NCBI GenBank assembly: GCA_000165425.1
Contig: CT868163.1
Coordinates: 310,001-374,000, forward strand
DNA length: 64,000 nucleotides
Direction of reading: 5' to 3'
Source: Paramecium tetraurelia
Taxonomy: Eukaryota
The number at the start of each line of letters is the position of its first letter. Positions within the stretch are counted from its first letter, which is position 1. The notes beneath the pieces are model-generated. The model made no database searches. It saw only the letters and a list, made by a program, of their open reading frames with translations, and was not told the origin of the DNA. The translations under genes were made by a program, and so were the position numbers. Shown here in pieces: positions 1 to 20,395 of the stretch.

Positions 1-853
1 CTAATACATGTTTCTTTAACTTACAAAACCTCCTCTTGTTTGTGGTTAGTAGTTTGAGTTTAATTGGATAATTGCCTCTTTTCTATTTCCTCTACTGTTA
101 ATATTTAATGATTGATCTGGACAGGATTTAATGATGGTTCGTTATTTGAAGAGAAGAGCTCAATAAGTTTTAATTTAGTTTCGATAGCAGCTTCTGATTA
201 TTTTAATTCTTATTCTCTTTTTTCTCTGTACTTCTATTTTTCTATTTCAATAATATCCATAGCTTCTTGTTTTATTTAAGATTCTTCTATTTTTTATCTC
301 TTCTCTTCCTATTTTTTTTCAAATGTGCCATGATCCTTCTAATATTGTTCTCTTTTTAATTGCATTTCATTTTCTATATCGTTTAATTAAAAGGGGGCAT
401 TGAATTATGTGTCTTGCATCCATTGAGGTTCTTCTTCATCACTATGATTGCAATGCGAATTCTAAGGAATAGGCTTGAATGGTTTGGTTGCAAATAATTA
501 TGGTATTTTTTTGATCAGCTGGACTATGGCTTCAGGAGGTTATAAATATTCTCGATAAGCTGAAAGTAATAATTTTGCATCATAAACATTATTTTGAGGC
601 TAACATATTTAATATTTCTCTAATAATAATAGTAATATCATCTATACATTCATATTCCACTCTCTTATTATCATTTTAATAATGCTATCGATTGTTGTAA
701 TATTTTTTGTTTCTTTAATATCCATCATAATTATTATTGTGTTACTATTGTTAAATGTTTATTTTTTACTTTTCGATATTGTTATGTATCTCTTTTTTAT
801 TCCTATTGATCTTTAGCAATATACTAAACCTGATAATGGTATGATTTCGACAT
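1..853 (-). CDS. Hypothetical protein (3'-truncated) with eIF4E-binding-like motif YDAKLLL and DEEEPQW motif
   Basis: Code-6 frame from ATG 853 (MSKSYHYQVQYIAK), two short GTA..TAG introns, runs off the window start. Confidence 0.7.
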
Positions 854-1186
854 TATTTTTATTTTATTTTTTTTTTTTTAAATATTATTAGAATTAAGAA
901 TTAAAATTTATTCATAATTCTCAACTATGCATCTTTAGTCTAGAACCCTCATCGTCATCCTGTTGAATTTCAATCTTAACATATAATACGATTTCAAATA
1001 TAGCTCATTTTGGAACTATAATTAAGAATTATCAAATCTATAAAATAGAAGGAATGTATCTTAATAATTTTAGGATTACTTAAGTCCTACTAAATGCTAC
1101 CACTTATTTGTATCAATTATACTTATATATATATTACTTGAAATAGTTTTAGCTTATATTTAATTATTTTTTTTAATTTTTAATTA

Positions 1187-2283
1187 ATGTTTATGTTATT
1201 TTTTTCGATTTTTTACTAAAAACAGACTGAAATTGGAGCAAGTAATTGAATAAAGGGAAATAATTAATCAAAAGGAAATTTGTAATTTAAATTAACAATT
1301 ACTCATGATAGTTACTATAAACAATTATTCAAGTTATTAAAGTACGAAAAAGAAAGAGGATGCTACTTCAACTTAAATAACAGAGAGATATGCATAAGAA
1401 TCATAAAATAACACTATTTTGACGCAAAATTTGGCACACTACTAAAGTCGGCAATAGTCAGATGCAAATATTGAATAATTAAACCTATATCCTAGCGATT
1501 CACATATCTATAACACTCCTAAAAAGTAATCAAAATTAAATAGAGAATTTATTTTAAAGAGTAATGAAGTTCTAAAGAACAAACAACTAAATTTAACTAC
1601 TGAGAATGTTAATATAACTACAAGCAAATTAAATTCATCAATAATTGTTCTAAAAAAATTGGATGAAAAAGAATGTAAATATTGTGGATAAACTGATTCA
1701 CCTAATAATTTTATACGTCCTTGTCTCTGCAAAGGATCTATGTAACATGTACATTAATAATGTGTCTAAAAAGACATTGAGAATAATTTTATGGATGAGA
1801 AACAAAGAAGATTCATCAAGCCTATTAGATGCGAAATTTGTAAATTTGTTTTTAAGATAAAAATATATAGAGAGACTAATTTACTTTAATCATTTAAGGA
1901 TCCTATTAAACATGAAAAGCTATTATTTCTAACATTCGTTTTGACAATTCTAGTTTTGATAACAATTGCACTTATCATAATGTCTATTTTAATCAAAGAG
2001 GAATTGAGATTGCATATTGATTTATTAATGGGGATAGTGATTGCTTTTTTGATAGTTCTAGGATTAATAGTAGCATTTTCTTTAAACTTTTTGGATTTGA
2101 TTACAAATGTATCAATTTATAACTTATAGTTTATAGTATTATTGGTTTGTTTAGGATAGGCAAATAGGAAATAAAGTTGACCATGGAATATAGGTGGATT
2201 ACTAGAGTTTGAATTTGATTTTATCCAGTGGGACACTGAAATATTAATGGAATAAAAGTTAAGTACTTCCACTAAATGAATGA
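1187..2283 (+). CDS. RING-variant (RING-CH, MARCH-like) membrane E3 ligase
   Basis: CKYCG..FIRPCLCKGSMQHVHQQC..RCEICK, then two hydrophobic helices; TGA 2281-2283; start approximate. Confidence 0.8.
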
Positions 2284-2324
2284 CTTTATTTTATTAATAA
2301 AAATAATATAAAAATATATCTCCA

Positions 2325-3303
2325 ATGAATGTGGAAGATATAAGAAATGAATTGAATGAATTACACAAAAAGCAAGCGGATAGTCTTACAAAAAGGAAGA
2401 CTATTATTAAAGAGATTAAGAACTTCTCATTTTAGTATTAGTTATCAATATTAATTAGAAAATTAGATCACAAAAGGATAAAATTAAATGATGGAAAAGA
2501 ATAGGTAGTTATTCTAGTTTTGATTGTATAGAAAGTATTTCAAATAAATCTTGTGGGTGCAAAGGAAGAACGTGCAGAAAAGTAAAAGTAGCTTGATGAA
2601 CAAGTACCCACTACCATGAAAGAGAAGGATAGACGTTTAGCAAAATCCTTATTAGGGAATCATCTCTAAAGGGCAAAACAAGACTTGATGGGTGAGAAAT
2701 TGAAGGTACTACTTTTCTAACCAATTTAAATAGTTGGATAAATAAATAGAAATAAGTAAGCGATTAGATGATAGAGACAAATAGGATTTGCAAACTCTCA
2801 AGGAAGATTAAAATGTATGTTTTTAGTTTGATTGATTTTCAGAAAAAGAAGAGTTAGTTAGTTAATGAGAGGAAGTAATTAGAGCGCGATTTGGCTGCTG
2901 ATGAATATAAAAGATAGGTATTAGATTAAATATATTCCAGGTTCTATTACTCGAACTATAAATTAAAATAATGAGAGATTTTTTTATTACCAAGTAAGTT
3001 ATTTGATTTGATGACCATTTTAGAACGTATCCTCATATTTTATGGTAGCCAGCCAAAACCAATGAGGGTATGAATCCCCTAAAAGAATATAGTACTGAAA
3101 AGTTTAATGTATCATATTCATTAGAAGCAAAATAGGAAATGGAAAAGGATTTAAAGGAAAAATTGTTGAGGGCATATACTAATTTCACTGATTCGCAATA
3201 TTAAAAGTTGAAGGAATAATAAGTTTAATAGGAGCACGAAAGTTCATAATCAGAAAGTGAGGAGTCACAAGAGAAACAGAAGGAAGAAGAAGGGTAAGAA
3301 TGA
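2325..3303 (+). CDS. Pinin/SDK/memA-like protein
   Basis: KDRRLAKSLLGNHLQRAK and FFITKTYPHILWQPAK resemble conserved pinin blocks; coiled-coil; several short introns. Confidence 0.65.
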
Positions 3304-3409
3304 TGAAAAATTATAGGTAAAAATATAAGATTTAGTTTAATAAATATTAAAATATCTTGTGTGTTATTATTAATCATTAATATCAAAACTTGATATTTAA
3401 TCCATAAAA

Positions 3410-4553
3410 ATGTCCAGTTATTAGGAGTGCATTTACGATATTTTAATATTTAATTTTACATTAAAAAAGTCTCAATGATAAGCAATCTTAGAAGTCAGGA
3501 CAGTGTTCAAATGTCTATGATGCAATAGCCATTTTCTTTCTCAAATGTATATTACAGTTTTGACGGCAATGATTAGAGAATCAAGGTAATGAATAATAAT
3601 ACTGTAGATAAATTAGCTCCAAATAATCTAACATAAATTTATAAAGTGTCTAAACAATCTCATTAGACATTAAAATAATAAGAAGAAAGGAAATATAATT
3701 GTTTTGCCAAGTCAAAATAATCAATTATATGTATTATTCATTCTAAAATTCAAGATTATTTTTTAGGATGACAAAATCTTGAGATAGCTTAAAGTTTAGG
3801 AGTCAAATGATAGTACTTTCATGTCTTTTCCAAGAAATTAATTTCCTCTCATATCATGTAACAATTTTAAAAATCATTAGATTAACCTTATCCTTAGTTT
3901 TATGCTAATTATCCACAAGAATAATTTGCAGCGATGCAATACTAAATAACTAATCCAATCTTATAATCTTAAGATAGATTTTTAGTCTAACCTAAACAAG
4001 TGTAATCGAGTCAGCATTTTCGAATGTCTGATTTTTAGTTATTTGGTTCACATGATGATTCTGAATCTATTGAACCTCAATAAGTTGAATAAGAGAGTAA
4101 AGAACACAAAAATTCATATTTTAAGTTAAAGAATAGAATTAAAAAAGGAAAGGTAAATGATACGAAAAATATTACAAAAAATTTTTCTAAAGCAATAATT
4201 ACCTATATTATATAAAATAAAGATATTGGACTAAAAATAATGAATTACGAGCAATTTGAAGAATTTGTAAGCATTTTAAAAGACAAGAAAAATCAGATGA
4301 CTAACATCAAACAACTCAGAGATCTTTGGGTTGAAACTAATGAAGAGAAAAGTCAATAATTTAATAAAGCATTTAGAATCTTTAGGTATGTTTTTAATTG
4401 ACATTTTATAGTGAATACTTCTTAAAACAATAATCAGTATCTTACATTTACAATTCAAGAATAGCAAATACTGGATGGCACTTAAAATACAGGTATAACT
4501 TACTTCGAGCACTTAAAGAACCAGCAAATTTTAAGTACATCAAAGATATTTGA
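3410..4553 (+). CDS. Ciliate-type hypothetical protein: low-complexity N-terminus plus conserved-looking basic C-terminal domain
   Basis: C-terminus NDTKNITKNFSKAII..IKQLRDLW..FNKAFRIFSEYFLK..YIYNSRI..HLKYRYNLLRALKEPANFKYIK; one short intron near 4386. Confidence 0.75.
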
Positions 4554-4591
4554 AATATAGAATTTTAATATTATATATTTATTTATAATTT

Positions 4592-6480
<1,889 letters not shown>

Positions 6481-7528
6481 ATAATTAATATAATTAGAAC
6501 TTCTACTTAAAAAAATTAAATATATCCACAAAACTAAATATTTTTAAACGTGAGCTTCTTGGATTCAATAGATTTCTTATCTACTTAACAATCCCAATAT
6601 ATTAATAAGACTATAAAATAATTTCTAAATCAACATTATAATAATAAGATAATTAATTTTTTCAAATTAAATAATAATTAAAAAATCAATGGTTTTCAAA
6701 AATATTATTATGAATCTTATTAAGATTTAACTAAAATAGTACGAATAAATGTATATTGGAAAAAATACTCTATTAACGCAACTCAATCCTTGCTTCCTTA
6801 AAAAATAGATGAGTACATCTATTGCAATTAACTTTTCTGTATCTAAGTTAATAATATCCAGTTCAAATGCATAGGTTTTGATAGGAAATGATACTATTTT
6901 AATTCTAAGTAGTAATTTGATTTAGATTTTATTCCTATTTTTCATAGCTTGAGATAAATAAGTCAAATATAAAATAAATTTAGTAGGGAACATCTAATAT
7001 CATTATTTAATTAGTTTCAAAGTCTCACTTCTAACCCCTAACCATAGTTAAATTTTTCGAAAATGAGTCATAATTCTAGTCAATACTACTTATCCTTATT
7101 CTTTTGTTGAGTATCTTAATCAAAATAATTAGTAAATTTGAAATTGAATTTTTCACATTTAGGAAATTAAACTTAAAATAGTGAAATTATTAAATAATGT
7201 TATGCTAAAAAGTATTTTGTTATATTGAAATTAAAAATGATATTAGTACACATTTAAGTATTTTTATTCTGATTTATTTTGAACTAAAGAAGATTATATT
7301 CCTCAAAATTTCCTATTGTTTTGATTGCCATCAATTTTATCCATTCCAAACTTTGTTGAAGTAATTTAACTTTTATCTTTATTTTTGTATTTTATATCCA
7401 TGTTGATTTTGAGTGTAATTTTTATAAATTCCTTTTATTAGAAAAACCTATCATTTTTTGTAAATATGCTAGTTGTATTAGATTAAATTGAGTAAGGGTT
7501 GCTAAAGAGTCATCAATATTGAATAAAT

Positions 7529-9293
7529 TCATAATTGTTATTTATATTTTATATATAAATCCACTAAATATTCTAATTTATTGTATGCATTCATGATAGT
7601 TTTTTGTTGAAGATCGATTTTAGATTTCTCTTAATTTAAATCTATTCCAAAATGAATCTATTTTTTGTAGTTTTGACTTTTCTCATAACTTATTATCAAT
7701 TCAAAATCTTTTGTCGATTCAACATTTAATATCTTATTTAAAGGTAATCTTCTATAATCTTTTTGTACAATTGGCTCTTCGATTAAATATTATGAAATTG
7801 ATTTACAAAATTTCCCCAAAGTGAATTTTCTTTATCTCTCTTAAGTGTAAGAGTAATATAAATCAAAATAATCAATTCCCAAAATAACATTATTTCTAAA
7901 TTATTTATCAATTTTTAGCAGCTAAAACTCTTGATAGGAATATAAGGTTCTCACTTTATCTGTGTATTCATTAGATTTACCCTCCTCTTACAAAAATCTG
8001 TAAGACTTATTAATGCTTCTTGAGAAAATTGTATCTTTGTTGATATTAATTGTATAACTATCTTAAAATTATCTTAATGAGCGATTGGCTTCATTTTGAA
8101 ATTTTTGGGTGAGTATTAATTAATGTATCGGTAACTTGCTGATGGGTATTTTTAGATTAATGGGTTCTGTGCTCATATGAATACAAGGATATTTTAAAAT
8201 TAAATTGTAATCTGTCGTTCTGTATTTCTTATTTGCTTTCATGCTTAATTCTACAAATAAATCCTTCAATCAACTACTTCGGTTGTATCTTAATATGAAA
8301 TCTTCCTTTGCTGATAGGTTCCTCAATAAGAATAAGAATATGATTAGGATGTTATTAATATACAATTTTAGCCATTTGTAAATCAAAATCTAATTATGTA
8401 GAATCTAATATTGGTACAATATCAACCGATTTATAATAACGCATAGGTGATTCTAAATCAATTTAAATAATTCTGTCATCATTATCTTCTCCTAATGAGA
8501 TTTCAAACTGTGAAACTGGTTTTTAATCATAATCTATTTCATTCAAACTTTCTCTTCTTGATTTCATCTTGTCCTCTAGAGATCCGAAACTTTTGTATCT
8601 TTAGGGTTGTCTTCTATATTAAAATTCATCCAAATCTTGCTAATCATCCTACCCTTCAATTTGATAGGCTAAACTGTAATTTGGAAATTCATACAAAGAT
8701 TGATCTAATTTGACGTCATTCTGGAACTATTTTAATGCTAAAACAATAAATTCTGCAGCCAACATGTCTTAATCAATCACCAAGACTTTCGTAATTGTAG
8801 ATCGAAAATAGTGAACCTGAATTGGTTTCTACAATTACCTTATATTTGTAAGAAACATTCTAGAAAAATTGGATATCTTGCCTTTAATCTTCTCAAATGA
8901 CTTCTCTATAATCTGATTGTTTTTTTTAATGAAATATTTTTCAGCCTTCTAAGAGTTGTGTTTGTGAATAGATTGTCCAATCAAAAGTGTTGTTTAACAT
9001 CTCTTTGCTAATTTCTTTTTATTCTAAGATACCTTGGTCTATTTTAATTGCGATTCACAAAGACTATTAGATTTTTATTCCGAAGTCTAAGCTGCCTTCT
9101 CTTCGCAATCTTTCTAGATAGAAATATCAACTTGGGAGAATTGAGCAGAATCATTAATTTGTTTTTGATTATCTAAATCTAAAAAGTTAGTTTTATCGGA
9201 TTTCAAGGGACTGCTAAATTGTTTACCTGATTAGGAAGACTGGGCATCTGTTTATATAGATATAGATAAAGCAGAGAAATTATAATTTTCCAT
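7529..9293 (-). CDS. SIN1/Avo1-like protein (CRIM-, RBD- and PH-like regions); candidate TORC2 subunit
   Basis: KPIQVHYF..DMLAAEFIVLALKQF..YSLAYQI; YQEFQLLKIDKQFRNNVILGID; terminal AYNKLEYLV. Confidence 0.55.
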
Positions 9294-9612
9294 TATTAAA
9301 TATAATATATATTTATCAATAGCAAATGATATTGAATCAATTTTATTTAAACTCAGTTTGGCTATCTTAGAAGCATTATGTTTAATCTCAATTGAATTCT
9401 TATAAAATAATTTAAAATGCAATCGACATGAAGTCCATGTGTAATGTTCAATTTACGTTCCTAAAGGATGAGTGAGGTTCAGTATTAAGGATATTAATTT
9501 TGGATTTTAACTTTACATTTATATTGGAGCAGATTCACATTTTGTACAATATTATTGTTTCTTAACAGTATTTTATAATTGATAATATAATTAAATTTTA
9601 AATTTAAACCAG

Positions 9613-11475
9613 ATGGATAAATACAAAAAGATTAGAGTAGTTGGAAAAGGTATTATGATAAAATAAATCAGGTAGTTTTGGATATGCCCTTCTAGCCTAG
9701 GCGTTATCGAATAAGAAAAATTATATAATCAAAGTATCATATGATTTAAATTAGATTATTGACATATCTAAGATGGACAGAAAATAAAGAGAGGAGGCAT
9801 TAAATGAAGTCCACGTGTTGAAGGCCATGAGACACCCTTATATAATCACATATAGAGAATCATTTATGGAGAAAAAGTATTATTTCTTCATGAAACCTTT
9901 GATAGATGTCTATGTATAGTAATGGATTATGCTGACGGAGGTGATTTGTACGGCAAAATAGCTAAACAAAAAGAGCTGGGAATACTCTTTTCTGAGGAAT
10001 AAATATTAGATTGGTTTGTTTAGATGGCACTGGCAATGAATCACATACATGAGAGGAAAATTTTACATAGAGATTTGAAAACTTAAAATATATTCCTCAC
10101 AAGCAAAAGCGATGTGAAAATTGGAGATTTTGGTATTGCACGTGTTCTATAACACACATATGATTGTGCAAAAACTGCAATAGGAACTCCGTATTATTTA
10201 AGTCCAGAAATTTGTTAAGAAAAGCCTTACAATTAGAAATCAGATATCTGGTCACTAGGGTGCATCTTGTATGAATTAACTACGTTGAATCACGCATTCG
10301 ATGCATTGTCAATGAAAGAATTGGTATTAAAAATCTTAAGAGGAACTTACCCTCCTATTCCATCACAATACTCTTCAGAATTACAATCGTTAATAGCTGA
10401 TATGTTGATTAAGGATCCATCAAAGAGACCTAGTATAAAGAGAATTCTAGAGAGGGATTTCTTAAAATAGAGAATAGGAAGTCTGCTCGTTTCCACTTTG
10501 AATCGACATGAATTGCAAGAGATGACTGAGATTAAACCTACTGAAAATCTGTAACATACTCATCTTACTTTTTAGATTTATTCAACCTCAATAGACTGCA
10601 CAATAATTTATCTTACAGTAAAAATAGTTTGAATAGAATAAGATATCTTAAAATTAAAGTTAAAATAATTCACCTATCACTTCGAGATAGATTATTTAAA
10701 CTGTTGCCAGCAAGAAACCTTCGCCCAAAAAGGACAATAGCAAAGTGGAGTTAAAATAATTGTTCAATAGACAAAACTCACCTTTGTAAGCAATAAATTA
10801 AAATTATTCTATACAATAATAACCACTTCATTCTTAATAATAATAGCAATAACTAATTGATGAAAAAAGTGATAAACCACAGTCTTTTGCTAGTGTAATT
10901 AGTTCAAAGGAGAATCAATAACATCCAATTAAATATTAAAACTTAGAACTGTTAAACAAGTTTTATTTAAAGGACAACACGAATATAGTTAGACTTTAAA
11001 GTAAGAGTCCAATACTACAGGAACAAAAAAGAAAGGAATCCATTGTAAGCTTAGTAAGAGAAGATGACAGTTTTGAATAATAATAGGGTTATAAGTTCCT
11101 TATTAAAGACATGAGGAAATGTTTGGATAAAAAATAATCAAAGGAGGAAGAAGAGTCCATCATTGTTGACAACTTTAAAATAGTTCCTTAGTAATCATTT
11201 ATCAGTTACATTTTTATAGATTTCTTAACCACCAAAAACAGTTTCAAGTTCCGGGGACTTCTGAAAGAGATACTATAGGGTATAAAATAGAGGCTCTCAG
11301 ATATTATTTAGAATAGTAAATGGGCTTAGACTCTTTCATGAGAGCCTATCAGACTTTAGAGAATAGTTAGGAGAGCGAACAATTGAAATAAGCAAATTAA
11401 TTACTAAATTAAGAATAAAGGAAATACATACCATTAATAATCTAATTAATAGTTTGTGAAGATTCATATTATTGA
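9613..11475 (+). CDS. NIMA-related kinase (NEK1/3/5-like)
   Basis: MDKYKKIRVVGKGSFG, HRDLKTQNIFL, GDFGIARVL, IGTPYYLSPE; NEK1-like C-terminal IEALRYYLEQQMG. Confidence 0.92.
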
Positions 11476-11512
11476 TCTATAGTATTCAAATTCAAAAAAT
11501 TATAAGGATTTC

Positions 11513-11909
11513 TCATTTCTGTAATTGAGTGCAATTAAAAATATTGTCCTCCTCTTGAATAATAGCTTGTGAGATGTAAAGATTCAGCATTTTCTAAATG
11601 AAAATGACATAATTTGATTACAATTTTCAGTTTTGGATTAATAAGAATTCTTTGGCCTTGAGATGAAACTGCCGCAGGTTATATCGGTTATTTCAAGGGG
11701 ATAGGAAGGATATTTTTATTTACAGTAAATGAATCTGCAATTTCTAAAGGGACATCCACATAATCTTCTATCTGTTGTTGGTTTAATTATGAAATTACTT
11801 TGACATATTTTCTGGGCGAGGGTTCTGTTGATTAATTGGACTTAGCGATGTCTGTTAGTTTCAATGAATCATATAATTCCTCAGTTGTTGGTGTTAAGGA
11901 TGATGACAT
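11513..11909 (-). CDS. Small hypothetical protein
   Basis: Code-6 ORF MSSSLTPTTEELYDSLK.. with one putative GTA..TAG intron. Confidence 0.55.
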
Positions 11910-11962
11910 TGTTACTTGTAAGATTGGATGATAATATATTAAATTAAAAATATAAATAAATT

Positions 11963-13047
11963 ATGAGAGCAAACAATATCATAGTATAAGAGGAACCTAA
12001 GCAAAATGCCATAGTTGGGTTTTATAACACGTTGAAGTCCCTTATCAAATGCGAATGTTTCAAATAGTAAGCGGGATTTTAATTTAATAGATTTATGCCG
12101 GTGACCTATAATTAAAAGCCAATAGCAATTCCAAAACAATCCCTTTAACATATGGGCAGAAAGACATTGGTGATCGATTTGGATGAAACTTTGGTTCATA
12201 GTTCTTTCAATTATATTTCAGATCCGGATTTTATTTTGAAGGTTTGAATTATGTTTATTAAGAGATAAAAGTAATGAATGCAAATTATACAATTTATGTT
12301 AGAATAAGGCCTGGTGCTGAAGAATTCCTAATAAAAATGGCTGAATTTTATGAAATCTTTATATTTACAGCTAGTATTTGTGAAGTATATTAATAAATAT
12401 ATTTGAGTATGCAAACCCTGTGATAGATAGAATAGATCAGAAGGGAGTTTGTGCTTTGAGATTGTTCAGACCAAACTGTTCAATATTGAATGGAGTCTTT
12501 GTGAAAGATTTATCGAAATTGTAGAGATCAATAAACAACATAATAATAATAGATAATACCCACACTTCTTTTTCCCTATAACCTAAGAATGCTATACACA
12601 TAAAAAACTACTTTGATGACCCAAGTGACACTGAATTATTGGATTTAATACCGTTTTTATAATTGCTTAGTACATTTGATGATGTGAGACCAGTGGGGGA
12701 ATATTGGAAACAATACATCAGATCAGAGAAGATCAGATATACAAGAAATGGAGAGTCGTATGTTTATGATAGGAATCGCAATGAATCATATGATGTATTG
12801 AATGATGATAATGAATTAGGAAGTAGATCCTATTAATTAGACCATCGATTAAGCCAAGGATGATTAGACGTTGTTGGGAAAGTAGCAATTGAAATTGTAG
12901 ACGAACTTTGCAATCGATTACGATGAGGTGAATGATATCACAGAGAATGATGAAGAGATCTAATTCAGGAATGAATAGGGAATTAATTCTCCGAATTTAA
13001 ACAAATAACATTTTAATGAAATGGATTAGAGTGATTAAAATTTATGA
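11963..13047 (+). CDS. CTD small phosphatase-like (NIF/FCP1 HAD family)
   Basis: [40 protein letters not shown]. Confidence 0.9.
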
Positions 13048-13102
13048 TAAATATAAATTTTAATATAGTATAAATAATTATATATATAAATAAAAAGTAG
13101 AA

Positions 13103-14732
13103 ATGTCCTTGAAAGACTTTTAGATTCTGTAAGAACTAGGTAAAATATATCACGAAATTAGGCGAGGGAGCATACTCGAAAGTGTATAAAGTAAGACGAA
13201 TTGCTGACGGTTTTGAATACGCTTTAAAGAAAGTGAAACTACAATCATTATCAGACAAAGAAAAATAAAACGCTTTGAATGAAGTTAGAATATTAGCAAG
13301 TGTCAGGCATGCCAATGTAATTTAGTATAAGGAGGCATTTTTAGAAGAATCTACTCAGAGCTTATGGTATAACCTATTGTTTCTAAATAGTATTGTAATG
13401 GAGTATGCAGACGATGGAGACTTGTTCTAAAAGATTGTTGAATGCTAAAAAAAAGGAATGCTAATGGCTGAGAAAGACATTTGGAACCACTTTACATAAG
13501 TAATTCAATCATCTACTTTAAGATAGTTAAGGGATTGAAGGCATTGCACGATATGAAAATCTATCATCGAGACTTGAAATCAGCCAATGTCTTCTTGAAT
13601 ACCGATGGAACTGTCAAATTGGGAGATATGAACGTATCCAAAGTGGCCAAAAAAATATTACTATACACTTAAACTGGAACACCTTATTATGCATCCCCAG
13701 AAGTCTGGAAGGATCAACCTTACGATTCCAAATCTGACATCTGGTCCTTGGGTTGTGTCCTTTATGAAATGACTACCCTGAAACCTCCCTTTAGAGCTGA
13801 AGATATGAATGGTCTTTACAAGAAAGTCGTGAGAGGCTATTATCCAAAAATACCAACTATATATAGTTAAGATCTAAGCAATGTTATTAGAGCTTTGCTT
13901 TAGGTCCAACCTCATTTGAGGCCATCCTGTGATAAAATCCTATAATTGTCAGCAGTTGTTAATAGAATGGATGATAAGGTCTTAATCGAAGAAGAAGGAG
14001 CAAAATTCCTATTGCAAACTATTCGAGTTCCCAGAGTCATGCATTATCTCACTGACAGATTGCCAAAACCTAATTATGCCCCTATTAAAATGATGAGAAT
14101 TGACAAAAATCAGTTCATCCAAACTTTGGCCGTCCAAAAATCAAGCCAAGAAAATGTGGAAGATCCTCTAACCAATTCCAATGTTGAACATTTACCAAGG
14201 ATTGGCCGCAGACTGGATGACTCTTAAATCTAATCATATGATGCTTCATCTGTTCTAAGTAAAAAATAGAATAAAGTTGATGAATCATACATTTTACCTA
14301 AACCATCCCTGGAAATTGCATCTTAGGCTACTAAAAATACTGAAAAACTCAGTCTCATTCACTAGATTTATGCTGGCAATCCAGTTAAGGCTGTTAAGAA
14401 AAATAAAAAACCTATGAAACCCGAAATTCAAATACTATAACAAAAGTTGGTCTAAAAGAAACTAGATATCGAAGGCGAACCTAAACCTTTACTAATTAAA
14501 AAGTATATAATATCTACATATCTTAAGTGTCAAACATCAATAAGAGGAAAAATCTCCATCTCCATTTTTACCTGTACTACCTGCCATATCAAAAGAGAAA
14601 AGAGTCATGAAAGACAACAATGAGGATGAGTAATTAAAAAGGATTAAGTAGACTGAAGAACAGATTCAATTGCTAAAAGAAAAATAATTAAAGTAAAAAA
14701 GAAAATATTAACTCAGAAATTCAGAGAAATGA
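13103..14732 (+). CDS. NIMA-related kinase (ciliate NRK / CNK2-type)
   Basis: [53 protein letters not shown]. Confidence 0.92.
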
Positions 14733-14761
14733 TTATTCTTTTATTAAAATATCAATTGTAT

Positions 14762-16338
<1,577 letters not shown>

Positions 16339-16960
16339 TATTTTTAATTCTAGTTTTATCTGTAAATAATATAATTATATTAATAATTCAAATGCTGTTT
16401 TTTTTAGTGATGTCTTATCTAAATTGAATTAAAATGATATAAATCAATCACTACTATAGGAACTAATAAGGAGATGATGTCGTAAAGATATTCTAATGAT
16501 TTATTCCATTACTTATTGTTCTTCTTTTTATGCGAAAATAAAAACTCATAATGTCTTATGATCTCCATAATTATTAAGTTAATAATAAATTATAATCTAA
16601 GGATTTGAGTATTTTTAAGAGTATCATATAAATTGAGTTCTCAAAATTAGTGTATATAAATATGTCAAGATATAACAAAATGATCAGATTTAATACATTT
16701 GTAAATAACTGCTAACTTTTGATCTCTATTTTTCAATCTTTATCTTAATAATTTAGAATAAGAGATAAAATAATTTTCCAATGACTTTTGTACTATCTTC
16801 TTTATCCGAAGACTATCTTATTCTCTACAATATGATATCAATAAAATATGAAATATTCTGCACCTTTTTGGCTTATGTTTTGCTCTTATTATTACTTCAA
16901 TTCAAGAATGTTTAATATAATTTATGAATATTAAGATTAAAGTAGAAACTAATAAAAGTA

Positions 16961-20359
<3,399 letters not shown>

Positions 20360-20395
20360 TATTAAATATTATATTTAATTTTAATTATTTATTTC

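Noticed and set aside
853..879. Poly-T tract
   Set aside because: Ordinary AT-rich sequence upstream of a start codon
7031..7043. Telomere-like CTAACCCCTAACC
   Set aside because: Only about two imperfect units, and not the Paramecium C4A2/C3A3 repeat
12795..12862. Apparent premature TGA in the CTD phosphatase
   Set aside because: Resolved by a 25-nt GTA..TAG intron that restores the frame
16470..16566. GGAGA..TCTCC-closed stem with C-box-like ATGATGT
   Set aside because: No canonical D box (CTGA); equally explained as a decayed minus-strand coding remnant
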